Source: Spirochaetaceae bacterium (GTDB lineage: Bacteria; Spirochaetota; Spirochaetia; DSM-2461). From it: 64,000 nucleotides of DNA. Below are positions 20,798 through 31,032 of this stretch, piece by piece. The translations under genes and the position numbers were made by a program. The stretch is from positions 1-64,000 of the forward strand of contig JAOPTT010000018.1 of NCBI GenBank assembly GCA_051531975.1, written 5' to 3'. The notes below the pieces were generated by a model. That model saw only the letters and a list, made by a program, of their open reading frames with translations. It had not been told where the DNA came from and ran no database searches. Position 1 is the first letter of the stretch, and each line of letters starts with the position of its first letter.

Positions 20798-21764
20798 TCT
20801 TTTTTAAATTATTAAGATGAGGGTAGTCTTTTTTTAACTGATCTATAGTTCTATTTAATTTATCAAAAAATATGTTTGTTGAGGAACTATCTTTGTTAAT
20901 AATTTTGTGTCCAAGCATGTTGTTTAATTTATCAATTCTTTTAATGTAATCATCTAATTCTTCTGATCCAGCTGAATTTATAAATTTTTCAATAATATAT
21001 TCAACAGCTTGATTATTAGGATGGGTTAAGTCCGGTTTGTACCACCTATAATCTCTAAGTTCATCAAGAAGTATTTCATATGAAGGAAAATAGTAAGCTG
21101 ATGTAATATTTTCTAATATAATGTTTACAGCGACTCTTAATAGAGCTTTACTGTATGAGTTTTCTTTGGGATTATCTCTTAAATGTCTAACTGGGCTAAT
21201 TGTAAAAATAATTTTTATGTCTCTATTTTCTTCTTGTAATTTTTTTAATGGAATTATTAAACTTTCAGCTATCTCATCAAGTGTTAAAACTCTTCTAGTA
21301 AATTCGTTTTTTGGTAGTTTATGGCAATTATTAACCGGTCTGTTATCCTTTTCATATAAATATGATGTTCCTAGGGTTATAACTAGTATATTAGCCTTTA
21401 ATAAACTTGCATGTGCATCTTGTATTCCACCATTAACACCTTGTAAAAATAGTTCTATTTTTTTATTACCTGAATGGGTATAAAAATCAAAATGTTGATA
21501 TAAACCATCTACTAATATACATTCTGATTCTTCAATAAGTTTACAATTAATTAATCTATTTAATGAACTTCCTAAAGATTTGGGGTTGTATATATTTCCA
21601 AAGGGAGAGCTTTTACAGTTTAAGTATTTATTTTTAAATGATTCATATAAATTCTCAGAAAAACAAGAACCAATAAAATAACTTAATGTGTGAGTATTCA
21701 TAGAAATATTCAATGAATCACAGACTACTTCAGTTATATTTTTTTGGTAGAAATTATTAATCAT
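20775..21764 (-). CDS. GSCFA-family (SGNH-like) protein
   Basis: IGSCFSEN, PFGNIYNP, ITLGTS, TISPVRH, YFPSYEI, DLTHP. Confidence 0.92.
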   Translation of the reverse strand: MINNFYQKNITEVVCDSLNISMNTHTLSYFIGSCFSENLYESFKNKYLNCKSSPFGNIYNPKSLGSSLNRLINCKLIEESECILVDGLYQHFDFYTHSGNKKIELFLQGVNGGIQDAHASLLKANILVITLGTSYLYEKDNRPVNNCHKLPKNEFTRRVLTLDEIAESLIIPLKKLQEENRDIKIIFTISPVRHLRDNPKENSYSKALLRVAVNIILENITSAYYFPSYEILLDELRDYRWYKPDLTHPNNQAVEYIIEKFINSAGSEELDDYIKRIDKLNNMLGHKIINKDSSSTNIFFDKLNRTIDQLKKDYPHLNNLKKIKSSQYL

Positions 21765-21872
21765 AAAATATTATATTATAATAGAAACTTAATATAAAGT
21801 GTTAAGAGTCTAGTATCGACAATTGTAATTCAATTTCATATAATGGCATTGAATAATGTAGGATGAAAAATT

Positions 21873-23702
21873 ATGAAATTTGATGATTACGCATTTAGTG
21901 CGGAAATTAAGAGTGGAATACAAAAAGCAAAATTTGTTGATTGTACTCCAGTTCAAGAAAAAACCTTTGATTTTATTTTAGAAGGTAGAGATGTATATGC
22001 TCAGTCTCAGACAGGTACAGGAAAAACAGCAGCTTTTTTAATATCGATATTCCACCTATTACAAACAGATAAGTATTTAAATAGAAAGGCTCTTGTTGTA
22101 GTTCCAACAAGAGAACTAGCAGTTCAAATAAAAGAAGAAGCAGACCTTTTAGGTCAAGATGTAGATCTTACATCAGCATGTTTTTACGGTGGTACAGGTT
22201 ATAAAACCCAAGAAGCTTTATTGGAGAAGGGTGTTGATATAATTATCGCAACTCCAGGAAGATTATTAGATTTTAGTAAACAAGGTAAGATTAATTTTAA
22301 AGATTTTTCAATTCTTGTTGTAGATGAAGCGGATAGATTATTTGATATGGGTTTTGTTGATGATATAAGACGTATTTTTAACTCAACTAAAAGTGTTAAG
22401 GATAAGATGACACTTTTATTTAGTGCAACGATGAATCCTAGTGTTGGAAATATATCTTGGGAATACATGAATAATCCAGGTGAAATATTTATTGAAGCTG
22501 AACAATTAACAGTAGAGTCTATAGCACAAGAGTTATATCATGTTGGTAAAGATGAAAAAATGAGTATTCTTTTAGGTCTTCTTGAAAGAGAAAAACCTGA
22601 ATCTGCAATAATATTCACCAATACAAAACATATGGCTCATGAAATTTCTAAAAGACTTGATCATAATGGTATTAAAAATGAATATTTAATGGGTGATCTA
22701 CCACAGAAAAAACGTTTACAAATTGTGAATAGTGTAAAAGATGGTCAAGTGAAATTTTTGGTAGCTACAGATGTTGCTGCAAGAGGCTTACATGTGGATG
22801 ATCTTTCTTTAGTCATAAATTATGATCTTCCGTTAGATACTGAAAACTATGTTCACAGAATTGGACGTACAGCCAGAGCTGGTAAAGATGGAAAAGCGAT
22901 ATCTTTAGCTTGTGAAAATTATGTATATAGCTTATCTGGAATTGAGGATTTTATTGATTCTAAGATTCCTGTATTTCCAACTACTGAAGACCTTTTTGTT
23001 GAAGATAAAAGTTCACATCTTAGATTTAGTCTTAATGAGCATAAAAATAGAGGTCGAGATAGTCGTGGAAATAATAACCGTGGGAATAATAATCATGGGA
23101 ATAACAAACGTGTTAATTCTAACCGTAACAGTGAGAAACATGGTAATACAAACCGGAATAATTATAACAAAGTAAGTGGAAACCATGGTAATAAAAAAAG
23201 GCATACTGAATCTGACAAAGAGAGATTAGAAAGAGTAAGAAATAGTGTTATGAATATTTCTGGTACAAACTCTTTAGATGCAAACTTTGATAAAGAGATA
23301 AAACATAGCCATAAAAAGAGTACTAATCAAACTAGACCTAACAATAAAAATCAAGCTAGGCCTAACAACAAAAATAACCGGAATAATAGAACTACTAATA
23401 CAAATACGTCAAATCCTAATAATAATAAAAAAAGATTTGATAATAGTAACAATAATAATAAAAGGTTTGATAATAATAAAAGAAATTCAGCAATGGTTGG
23501 TGTTAAAAGAGTATCATCAGAATCTAATGTTGAAGAGAGAATCGCTTATTATAAGAAAAAATATGGTGAAGACTTTAAGCCATCTGATTCTATGTTATCT
23601 AACAAGAAGAAGGTTGTAAAAAAGCAGCCTGAAACTAAAGTAAAAAATCCTAAAAAAGTTGGATTATTAGGTTCAATTTCTAACATATTTAAGAAGAAAT
23701 AA
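21873..23702 (+). CDS. DEAD-box RNA helicase (RhlB/RhlE-like) with an Asn-rich tail
   Basis: QTGTGKT, PTRELA, DEAD, SAT, HRIGRTARAG. Confidence 0.96.
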   Translation: MKFDDYAFSAEIKSGIQKAKFVDCTPVQEKTFDFILEGRDVYAQSQTGTGKTAAFLISIFHLLQTDKYLNRKALVVVPTRELAVQIKEEADLLGQDVDLTSACFYGGTGYKTQEALLEKGVDIIIATPGRLLDFSKQGKINFKDFSILVVDEADRLFDMGFVDDIRRIFNSTKSVKDKMTLLFSATMNPSVGNISWEYMNNPGEIFIEAEQLTVESIAQELYHVGKDEKMSILLGLLEREKPESAIIFTNTKHMAHEISKRLDHNGIKNEYLMGDLPQKKRLQIVNSVKDGQVKFLVATDVAARGLHVDDLSLVINYDLPLDTENYVHRIGRTARAGKDGKAISLACENYVYSLSGIEDFIDSKIPVFPTTEDLFVEDKSSHLRFSLNEHKNRGRDSRGNNNRGNNNHGNNKRVNSNRNSEKHGNTNRNNYNKVSGNHGNKKRHTESDKERLERVRNSVMNISGTNSLDANFDKEIKHSHKKSTNQTRPNNKNQARPNNKNNRNNRTTNTNTSNPNNNKKRFDNSNNNNKRFDNNKRNSAMVGVKRVSSESNVEERIAYYKKKYGEDFKPSDSMLSNKKKVVKKQPETKVKNPKKVGLLGSISNIFKKK

Positions 23703-24456
23703 TATTCAAATAACAGGAGAATCTTCCAGAAGGTTCTCCTTCTTTTCTAAAAGAAAAAAACATATCATTATTACATGAGGTACAGATATTCATAACTTCA
23801 ATATTAGAATTAATAATACCTATATTTAAAGATTGATTTTTATTAATTTCTTTAAGATCTAAATAGTACTTTTTATTTTTAATATACCCTTCGCCTGTTG
23901 TTGGGGCAAATTTAGTATATAGGTCTTCTGATACGTTATAACAACAACCACCAATTGATGGACCAATTCCTATAAGCAGATCAGGGATTGAAGAATTATA
24001 ATTATCAACTAATTTGCTTATTGTTTTAATTAAGAGTTTTTTATATGTTCCCTTCCAGCCACAATGACATAACGCCCCAACTCTGTTTATTGGATCAAAA
24101 ATAACGATTGGGACACAATCCGCAACAAAAATATTTAATAGGACATCTACTTCTTTAGTAATTAATGCATCGCAAGAGAAAGTATTTAAGCCTATATTAT
24201 TATTATCAACAATATGAATTATATCACTATGGATTTGATTCCCATGGGTATATTTGTTATAGTCGCATCCTAAATGATCTATTAATAATAATCTATTTCT
24301 ATCGACAGTGTTAAAATTATCCCCAGTATGTTTAGCAAGATTTAGTGAAGAGTAGGGCGAATTAGATAATCCATTTATTCTAGTAGTAATTCCAGTTTGA
24401 ATAAAATTATCTTTAAATAAATCCCAATTAAGAATTCTAATATTTGCCGATTTCAT
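23689..24456 (-). CDS. pgeF: YfiH/PgeF-family purine nucleoside phosphorylase (laccase-domain)
   Basis: SLNLAKHTGD, QIHS, ADCVP, HCGWKG, GPSIGGCCY, FFSFR. Confidence 0.92.
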   Translation of the reverse strand: MKSANIRILNWDLFKDNFIQTGITTRINGLSNSPYSSLNLAKHTGDNFNTVDRNRLLLIDHLGCDYNKYTHGNQIHSDIIHIVDNNNIGLNTFSCDALITKEVDVLLNIFVADCVPIVIFDPINRVGALCHCGWKGTYKKLLIKTISKLVDNYNSSIPDLLIGIGPSIGGCCYNVSEDLYTKFAPTTGEGYIKNKKYYLDLKEINKNQSLNIGIINSNIEVMNICTSCNNDMFFSFRKEGEPSGRFSCYLNIISS

Positions 24457-25537
24457 AAATAACTTTTTCTGCCATTACTTTGTATTTTCCATCTTCTATT
24501 TTTTCAAGATATTTTTTAGCATTATCAAAATCCCTATTTCTGTAAAAATTAATACCTATAGAGTAATATACTATATTTTTAGGTGCTCCTTTGTCTAAAG
24601 CAGTTGAAAAATGTGAATATGCCTTTGAATAATCCTCTAGGGAGCTATAACAGAGAGCTAAATAGTATTCAGGGCTATAATGTTTGGATTCTAACTCTAT
24701 CGCTTGTTTTAGATGTTTTATAGAGCTTATATAGTCCTCATTATTATAATCATCAACACCAAGTTTTATATATTCAGTGTAGCCGTTAATACTATTAAGA
24801 TGGTTAAAAAGATCCAAATCAAGATTATACTCTAAAAAATAATCATTTATAATTGATCGATTATCTCCAACTTTATTAAGTTTGAGTATAGATAATGAGT
24901 CCCAAAAAAGTCGGTTATGTTTTTTATTGTCACTGTTTATTAAATAATCAACCAACAGCCAGCTATTATAGTTTTTAATTTCTTCCCGGTTTTTATTTTT
25001 CATTAGTGTTGAGAAAACTTTTTCTTTAGTACTACTTCTTTTAAGAGTTTGGACCCATTTGAAATTTCTTTTTAGTCTTGATTCTATAGAAAAATCTTCA
25101 AAGTAAGTTGCAATTCCTAAATTGAACCAATCAGGAGCACTATTTCCAAAAAAGCCTATATATTGAAGGGTTAATTGGTGGGCTAAGCTTAAGCTTGATA
25201 AGACATTAGATTTATAAATAACAACTCTATTTTGGTTATTGCTATATTTTAAATAAACATAATCTTTTCTTGGTTTAATCCCTAATTTATCCAGGTAAGA
25301 AGTATAAACATCGTAATTATCTAAAATAAGTATTTCTCTAAGGCTTTCACTATTTTTAAGTCTAAGTAATTCTTCAAACGATCTGTTTAACTCTTCAGAA
25401 AAATTAATTATATCTTGAATCTCATCCTGTGATCCATTGTATTTAATAATAAAATTTTCTGACTCATAAATGGATAACTCCTGAGCAAAAATAACAGATG
25501 AAAAAACTATTATAAATATTATTAAGATCTTTTTCAT
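24437..25537 (-). CDS. Exported protein with a degenerate gluzincin-like domain and C-terminal TPRs
   Basis: Signal peptide; LAHQLTLQ...APDWFNLGIATYFE; TPRs YYLALCYSSLEDY, YYSIGINFY. Confidence 0.75.
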   Translation of the reverse strand: MKKILIIFIIVFSSVIFAQELSIYESENFIIKYNGSQDEIQDIINFSEELNRSFEELLRLKNSESLREILILDNYDVYTSYLDKLGIKPRKDYVYLKYSNNQNRVVIYKSNVLSSLSLAHQLTLQYIGFFGNSAPDWFNLGIATYFEDFSIESRLKRNFKWVQTLKRSSTKEKVFSTLMKNKNREEIKNYNSWLLVDYLINSDNKKHNRLFWDSLSILKLNKVGDNRSIINDYFLEYNLDLDLFNHLNSINGYTEYIKLGVDDYNNEDYISSIKHLKQAIELESKHYSPEYYLALCYSSLEDYSKAYSHFSTALDKGAPKNIVYYSIGINFYRNRDFDNAKKYLEKIEDGKYKVMAEKVIYEIGKY

Positions 25538-25546
25538 TCTACACCT

Positions 25547-26401
25547 CTATTTGTGGGATATCTGATCAATAGAAATTGATACTTCATTTATTATTATACC
25601 AGTAAGTCTTTCAATACTTTCGGTAATGTATTTTTGCAGAGAGTGAAAGTTTCCAGAAAGTTGTTCTCCAAAAGAAACATTTACAGATAAACTAATACTA
25701 TATCCAGCATTAGCTTGGCTAACAATTATTTTTTTAACTTTAACATTTCTGCTATGCTCATCAACACAATGAAGAACCATCTGGCTTAGAGCTGCTTCAG
25801 AAATACTTACAGATCCATGTTCTCTTTTATGAAACATTGGTCTTACTACAGACTTTTCTACAAAGTTTTTATTTTTTTTCCTTGAAAAGAACACTTTTAT
25901 AGAGTCATAAAAAATATGAGCATAATCTCTTTTTACTTCAATTGAAGGAACAGGAATAACATGTTTACCTTCTTTCGTTCTAGATTTTATAGCAATTTGA
26001 ATCTCTTCCTTACTTGCTATATCTTCTATTTGAACAAAAGTTGAGATTTCTGGTAGTTCTAAACGCTCAGCTATTTTAGCAACCATCTTGTTTGAGGTAC
26101 CTATTAATAAGATTTTTTTAAATTTTATAATTTTAAGTTTGGCTTTTACTTCTTCTTTATGTGTAGGGTTATCAAATAGAGCTGTTTTAATTGCACCCAT
26201 ATATGCATCTTCTTTTTTAGCAGATTTACCTGCAACTATTTTTTCATTGTGTATTAATAGACCATCGTCTATCATCAGTTCGATTTGGTTTTTTTTTGCA
26301 ACAAGACCAGCTCTAAAGCTTTTTCCTGTTCCACTTTTACCTACAAGTGCAAATACTTTTACACCTTTTAGTCTCCATTTAAATGATTTTAATAAATTCA
26401 T
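25547..26401 (-). CDS. P-loop protein fused to an Asp23/Gls24-like C-terminal domain
   Basis: GKSGTGKS, IDDGLLI; C-terminal GSVSISEAAL...LQKYITESIERLTGIIINEVSISI. Confidence 0.75.
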   Translation of the reverse strand: MNLLKSFKWRLKGVKVFALVGKSGTGKSFRAGLVAKKNQIELMIDDGLLIHNEKIVAGKSAKKEDAYMGAIKTALFDNPTHKEEVKAKLKIIKFKKILLIGTSNKMVAKIAERLELPEISTFVQIEDIASKEEIQIAIKSRTKEGKHVIPVPSIEVKRDYAHIFYDSIKVFFSRKKNKNFVEKSVVRPMFHKREHGSVSISEAALSQMVLHCVDEHSRNVKVKKIIVSQANAGYSISLSVNVSFGEQLSGNFHSLQKYITESIERLTGIIINEVSISIDQISHK

Positions 26402-27363
26402 AACTGTTTAAGCCCCTTTTGAACAAGCTTTTCAACTTTTTCTATTTCTACATTATTAAATAAATCGTTTAAAATTTTATCTTTAAAACTACTTAAAGAT
26501 AATGTGAATGTTTTATTACTAAGAATATCACTGTTTTTACTAAAAGACAAAGATATCGCAGATAAAAAATAAGTATTATAATTCGTACTATTATTATATT
26601 TATTATCTCCAACTAAAGGCCTATTATGAATTTTGCATTGAACTCTTATCTGATGAGTTCTTCCTGTTTTTATTTCAATTAAAGCTATTGTTTTTCCATT
26701 TTTTCTATAAAGAGGGATGAAGTTTGATAGTGCTTGCTGTCCATCAATAGATTCAAAACTTTTATGTGTTTTATCATCCCTAGAGATTTTATCATTCCAC
26801 TCTTCTTTATTAGAATATTCACCATCAACAATAGTTATATATACTTTTTTTATATCACCCTCTTGTAACATCTGTGTGAAACCTCTAGCACCTTTTAGAG
26901 ATTTACTAAAAACAATTAATCCTTGAGTATTTCTGTCTAATCTATGTAAGGGACCGGGAGAAAATGATAAAGTTTTTTCAATTTTATCTTTTAAATATTC
27001 TTTAATTTGTATATCAAGGCTATCTGAATCTCCATGTACTAATACACCTTTAGGTTTATTATAAAGAAGAATATGATCATTTTCAAAATAAATTCTACTA
27101 GTAACGATTTTTGATGTGGATCTTTTTTGTGGTTTGTTTTCCACATGGGAGAGAAATGGTTTGTATATCCATAAAACATCTCCTTCTACTAATCTGTGGT
27201 TTTGTTTAACTTTTTTTGAATTTACACGAATATCTCCGGCTCTTATACTTTTAAAAACTAATTTAAGTGGCATATTAGGTAGAAATCTTCTAATAACATT
27301 ATCAATTCTTTTTAAGGAGTCATTTGAGTAGATTGTAAAAAGTTCATATTTATCATTATTCAC
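26398..27363 (-). CDS. RluA/RluC-family pseudouridine synthase
   Basis: N-terminal S4 domain, NKPKG, HRLDRNTQG, TGRTHQIR, GDNKY. Confidence 0.95.
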   Translation of the reverse strand: MNNDKYELFTIYSNDSLKRIDNVIRRFLPNMPLKLVFKSIRAGDIRVNSKKVKQNHRLVEGDVLWIYKPFLSHVENKPQKRSTSKIVTSRIYFENDHILLYNKPKGVLVHGDSDSLDIQIKEYLKDKIEKTLSFSPGPLHRLDRNTQGLIVFSKSLKGARGFTQMLQEGDIKKVYITIVDGEYSNKEEWNDKISRDDKTHKSFESIDGQQALSNFIPLYRKNGKTIALIEIKTGRTHQIRVQCKIHNRPLVGDNKYNNSTNYNTYFLSAISLSFSKNSDILSNKTFTLSLSSFKDKILNDLFNNVEIEKVEKLVQKGLKQL

Positions 27364-27455
27364 ATGTAAAAGATACTTATTACACTATATATTGGTCAAC
27401 CACCTTTTAAGAATAAACTCTTGACAAATAGCTACTCAATACAGGAAACTACCAT

Positions 27456-28664
27456 ATGATTAAAACTGTCGCAAAAATACTAATAACTATACTTTTTATT
27501 TTGATATCCATATATTTCTATAAACAGAAACCAGATGACAATGTTTGGGGAAATTATTCTTCGTTAATATTTGAGTCAAACTTGGATGCACAAAAAAGTG
27601 TACAACTTCTGAAAAAAAATGGTTTTACAGATATTCTTTCATTAGAAGATATAACTATTGGTATTAATAACTATTTTGATCTTGAAGAAAGAACTCTAGC
27701 ACAGATAAGCAATTCATTAGATAAAAATGATTATAGGTATGATCCATATATTGAATCTGTGAGCTCACTATTTTCAAGTAATGATTTGAATGGAAATGTT
27801 ATTTATGTTCTTCTTAGTAAAAGTGATCTACTAAGTTTATATAGTTTACATACTCTTTTAGATAGTAACGCGATTTTGTATAAGCTCGGAAATCCAATAT
27901 TTTTGAGAATAATATTAAATTATATAAGTTTTTTCCTTTTATTATTGATACTAGGCTTAGGATGTAAAAAAAGATTTATTATATCACTACTGTTTGGTAT
28001 ATTAGGATTTGTTTTTATGGATCCATCCTCTGTATATAATTACATTAGTTTTGTTGTGATATATTTCTTATCAATATTAATAATTGAATCAGTATCGTTT
28101 AGTAATCGATATATAAAAAGAAATAATGTTGGTCTAATTAGAATCCTTATTTCAGTTTCTCTTTTTGCGATGCCAACATTAATCCCAAGTTTTCTAGATT
28201 ATTCTAAAATTGTTAATACTCCAGTGGTAACAGAAGTTAATACATTTGAATATAATTCTCTAGAAGAGACATTTGATGAATCATCTCCATCAATCAGTAA
28301 TTATTTTTCACATTTTGCATTTCAAAAAAGCTACTTATATGGTTACAAATATATGTTTCCATCTCTAGGAAATTCTGTTACAATAAATGAATTCAAAAAA
28401 GAAGATTATTTTCTTTCTGATTATAAAAGGGTTGTTTTTACTTATGATGAAGCTTTTTTTAAAGATTTTTTATCTTATTGTAAGACAACAGCACTAGGTA
28501 GATTTTATTTGGATTATGGTAGGCCTTTTAAATTAGAACTAAATTCTCTTCTATCTCTGTATATTAAAGAAAACGAGTATATGCAAATAGGTGTCATAGC
28601 GTCTATTATGCTTTTTGCATCACTTTTTTTTAAAAAAAGCAGAGATAAAAAAATAAAGTATTAG
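27456..28664 (+). CDS. Hypothetical membrane protein at the head of the rnf operon
   Basis: N-terminal anchor, about 4 central TM segments and a C-terminal TM; ends 8 nt before rnfC. Confidence 0.7.
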   Translation: MIKTVAKILITILFILISIYFYKQKPDDNVWGNYSSLIFESNLDAQKSVQLLKKNGFTDILSLEDITIGINNYFDLEERTLAQISNSLDKNDYRYDPYIESVSSLFSSNDLNGNVIYVLLSKSDLLSLYSLHTLLDSNAILYKLGNPIFLRIILNYISFFLLLLILGLGCKKRFIISLLFGILGFVFMDPSSVYNYISFVVIYFLSILIIESVSFSNRYIKRNNVGLIRILISVSLFAMPTLIPSFLDYSKIVNTPVVTEVNTFEYNSLEETFDESSPSISNYFSHFAFQKSYLYGYKYMFPSLGNSVTINEFKKEDYFLSDYKRVVFTYDEAFFKDFLSYCKTTALGRFYLDYGRPFKLELNSLLSLYIKENEYMQIGVIASIMLFASLFFKKSRDKKIKY

Positions 28665-28672
28665 GTTGTTTT

Positions 28673-30001
28673 ATGAAGTTAATGAGTTTTCCCAAAGGGG
28701 GGATTCACCCTCCCCATAGAAAAAATTCTATGTATAGTAAAGATGATTTAAATGCGACATTACCTGCGATTGCAGTGATTCCACTATCTCAACATATAGG
28801 TGCACCTGCAAAGTGTGTTGTCTCTGTTGGAGATATTGTTGAAGAAGAGGATCTAATTGGAGAGTCCACTGGTTTTGTATCAGCGAACATCCATGCCTCT
28901 ATTCCTGGTGAAGTCATTGAGATTAAAGATGTTTTTTTACCAAGTGGTAGAGTTAGTCAAGCTGTCGTAATTGAAACTAAAGGTGAGTTTACAAGATTAG
29001 GTAAACCTTTGGAGATTTTTGATTGGGATAGTCTTACTAAAGAAGAACTAACAGATGTCATTCAAGAAAAGGGTGTAGTTGGTCTTGGTGGTGCAACTTT
29101 TCCAACACATGTTAAAGCTGTTCTTCCAAAAGATTTTGTCTTAGAGAACCTACTGATAAACGCTTCCGAATGTGAGCCATATTTATCTAGTGATCATGTT
29201 CTTATGTTAGAATATAGCAAGGAAATTGCTATCGGTCTTAAAATCCTAAAAAAGATTTTAGAGCCTAAAAATATAACAGTTGGAATGGAAGTTAATAAAA
29301 AAGATGCTGGAGAGCTTCTTGAAAAAACTTTTAAAGAAGAAAACTTAGATGCCTCTGTTGCACTTTTAAAAAATAAATATCCACAGGGTGCTGAAAAAAA
29401 CCTTGTTAAAGCTATAATAGGTGTTGAGATCCCATCTGGGAAACTTCCACTTACTGTAGGTGTTGTTAACTTAAATATATCCACTGTTTATGCAATTTAC
29501 GAAGCAGTTTGTTTAAAACGTCCATTAGTTGAACGTTTTGTTACTATTGCAGGTGGTGCTATAAAAAAACCAGGTGTTTATAGAGTTCGAATTGGAACTA
29601 GTGCAAGAGCTCTTATAGAAGAGTGTGGTGGTTTTAGTGAGGATCCTATAAAAGTTATCTTTGGTGGCCCGATGATGGGATTTACTGTTTTTGATTTAGA
29701 TGCACCGGTAACAAAAGGTACCTCAGGTATTTTAGCTTTAACCAAAAAAGAAGTTAACAGTGCTAAAACTACAAATTGTCTAAAATGTGGACGATGTGTA
29801 GATGGATGCCCAATGGGTCTTCTCCCTTCTAAATTATACAAACTAATTGATCATAACATGCACGATGAAGCGGTGGAATATGGATTAAACGACTGTGTAG
29901 AGTGTGGTTCTTGTAGTTACAATTGCCCAGCTCACCTGTTTTTAGTTCAACAATTTAGATCTGGTAAATCAATTGTTCGACGTAGTAAAGGAGCTAAATA
30001 G
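28673..30001 (+). CDS. rnfC: Rnf complex subunit C
   Basis: QHIGAPA, GLGGATFPTHVK, ECEPYL, YPQGAEK, two CxxCxxCxxxCP motifs. Confidence 0.97.
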   Translation: MKLMSFPKGGIHPPHRKNSMYSKDDLNATLPAIAVIPLSQHIGAPAKCVVSVGDIVEEEDLIGESTGFVSANIHASIPGEVIEIKDVFLPSGRVSQAVVIETKGEFTRLGKPLEIFDWDSLTKEELTDVIQEKGVVGLGGATFPTHVKAVLPKDFVLENLLINASECEPYLSSDHVLMLEYSKEIAIGLKILKKILEPKNITVGMEVNKKDAGELLEKTFKEENLDASVALLKNKYPQGAEKNLVKAIIGVEIPSGKLPLTVGVVNLNISTVYAIYEAVCLKRPLVERFVTIAGGAIKKPGVYRVRIGTSARALIEECGGFSEDPIKVIFGGPMMGFTVFDLDAPVTKGTSGILALTKKEVNSAKTTNCLKCGRCVDGCPMGLLPSKLYKLIDHNMHDEAVEYGLNDCVECGSCSYNCPAHLFLVQQFRSGKSIVRRSKGAK

Positions 30002-31032
30002 TGAAAGATAAATTAATAATTACCTCTAGTCCTCAGTTTCACAATGGTGACTCTACTTTAACAGTAATGTGGAGTGTTTCTTTAGCTCTACTCCCTGCTA
30101 CAATTTGGGGATTCATGATGTTTGGTATTTCATCAGTATGGACTGTTTTAATATCTATAATAGCTGCAGTATTTGCAGAGTTTATATTAAATAAATGTTA
30201 CAACAAAAGTTCCTTATGGGATGGTAGTGCAATTTTAACTGGTTTATTGATAGGTATGAATATGCCTCCTCAGATGCCAGGTTTAGCATGGATTTATGTT
30301 CCAATAGGAGCATCCTTTTTTGCTATATTTATTGTTAAGGGTGCATTTGGTGGTTTAGGTAATAACTGGATGAATCCAGCACTAGGTGGCCGAGTATTTG
30401 TTTTTTTCTCATGGACCAAACAGATGACTGTATGGAATGTTCCAATGCTTGATGGTGTTACAGGAGCTACTCCTTTAGGTGCAGTAAAATCTGGCCTACT
30501 TGGATATTCTGGAGATGCATCAAATCCTCTTTCTTTATTAAATGAAGTTGGAAGTAGTACTGTAAGTTATTTTGATATGTTTATTGGTAAAATTGGTGGT
30601 TCAATCGGTGAAATTTCAGCTCTTTTACTTTTAATAGGTGCAATCTTTTTAATCATTAAAAAAATAATTAGATGGGAAATATTTGCATCTTACATTGGAG
30701 TATTCATACTATTTATTTGGATATTTGATGGTACTAGATTTGGAGCAGGTCTATTTAGTGGAGATATTCTTTTTCATCTACTTTCAGGAGGTTTAATCTT
30801 AGGTGTCTTTTTTATGGCAACTGATATGGTTACTTCTCCAATAAGTGCTAAAGGTATGTTTATATATGGAGCTGGTTGTGGTTTCTTAACTTTCTTATTT
30901 AGAGTATATGGAGCTAATCCTGAAGGTGTCTCATTAGCTATAATTGTAATGAATATCATCGTTCCAATAATAAATAGGTATTCAAAACCTGCACTATTTG
31001 GACATCCCAAAAAGGAGGCAATTAATGAATAA
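30001..31032 (+). CDS. rnfD: Rnf complex subunit D
   Basis: FGGLGNNWMNPA, DGVTGATPL FMN site, FFMATDMVTSP. Confidence 0.96.
   Translation: MKDKLIITSSPQFHNGDSTLTVMWSVSLALLPATIWGFMMFGISSVWTVLISIIAAVFAEFILNKCYNKSSLWDGSAILTGLLIGMNMPPQMPGLAWIYVPIGASFFAIFIVKGAFGGLGNNWMNPALGGRVFVFFSWTKQMTVWNVPMLDGVTGATPLGAVKSGLLGYSGDASNPLSLLNEVGSSTVSYFDMFIGKIGGSIGEISALLLLIGAIFLIIKKIIRWEIFASYIGVFILFIWIFDGTRFGAGLFSGDILFHLLSGGLILGVFFMATDMVTSPISAKGMFIYGAGCGFLTFLFRVYGANPEGVSLAIIVMNIIVPIINRYSKPALFGHPKKEAINE

Noticed and set aside
19740..21764. Genomic island integrated at tRNA-Met
   Set aside because: No integrase and no duplicated tRNA 3' end seen; the flanking genes look like backbone
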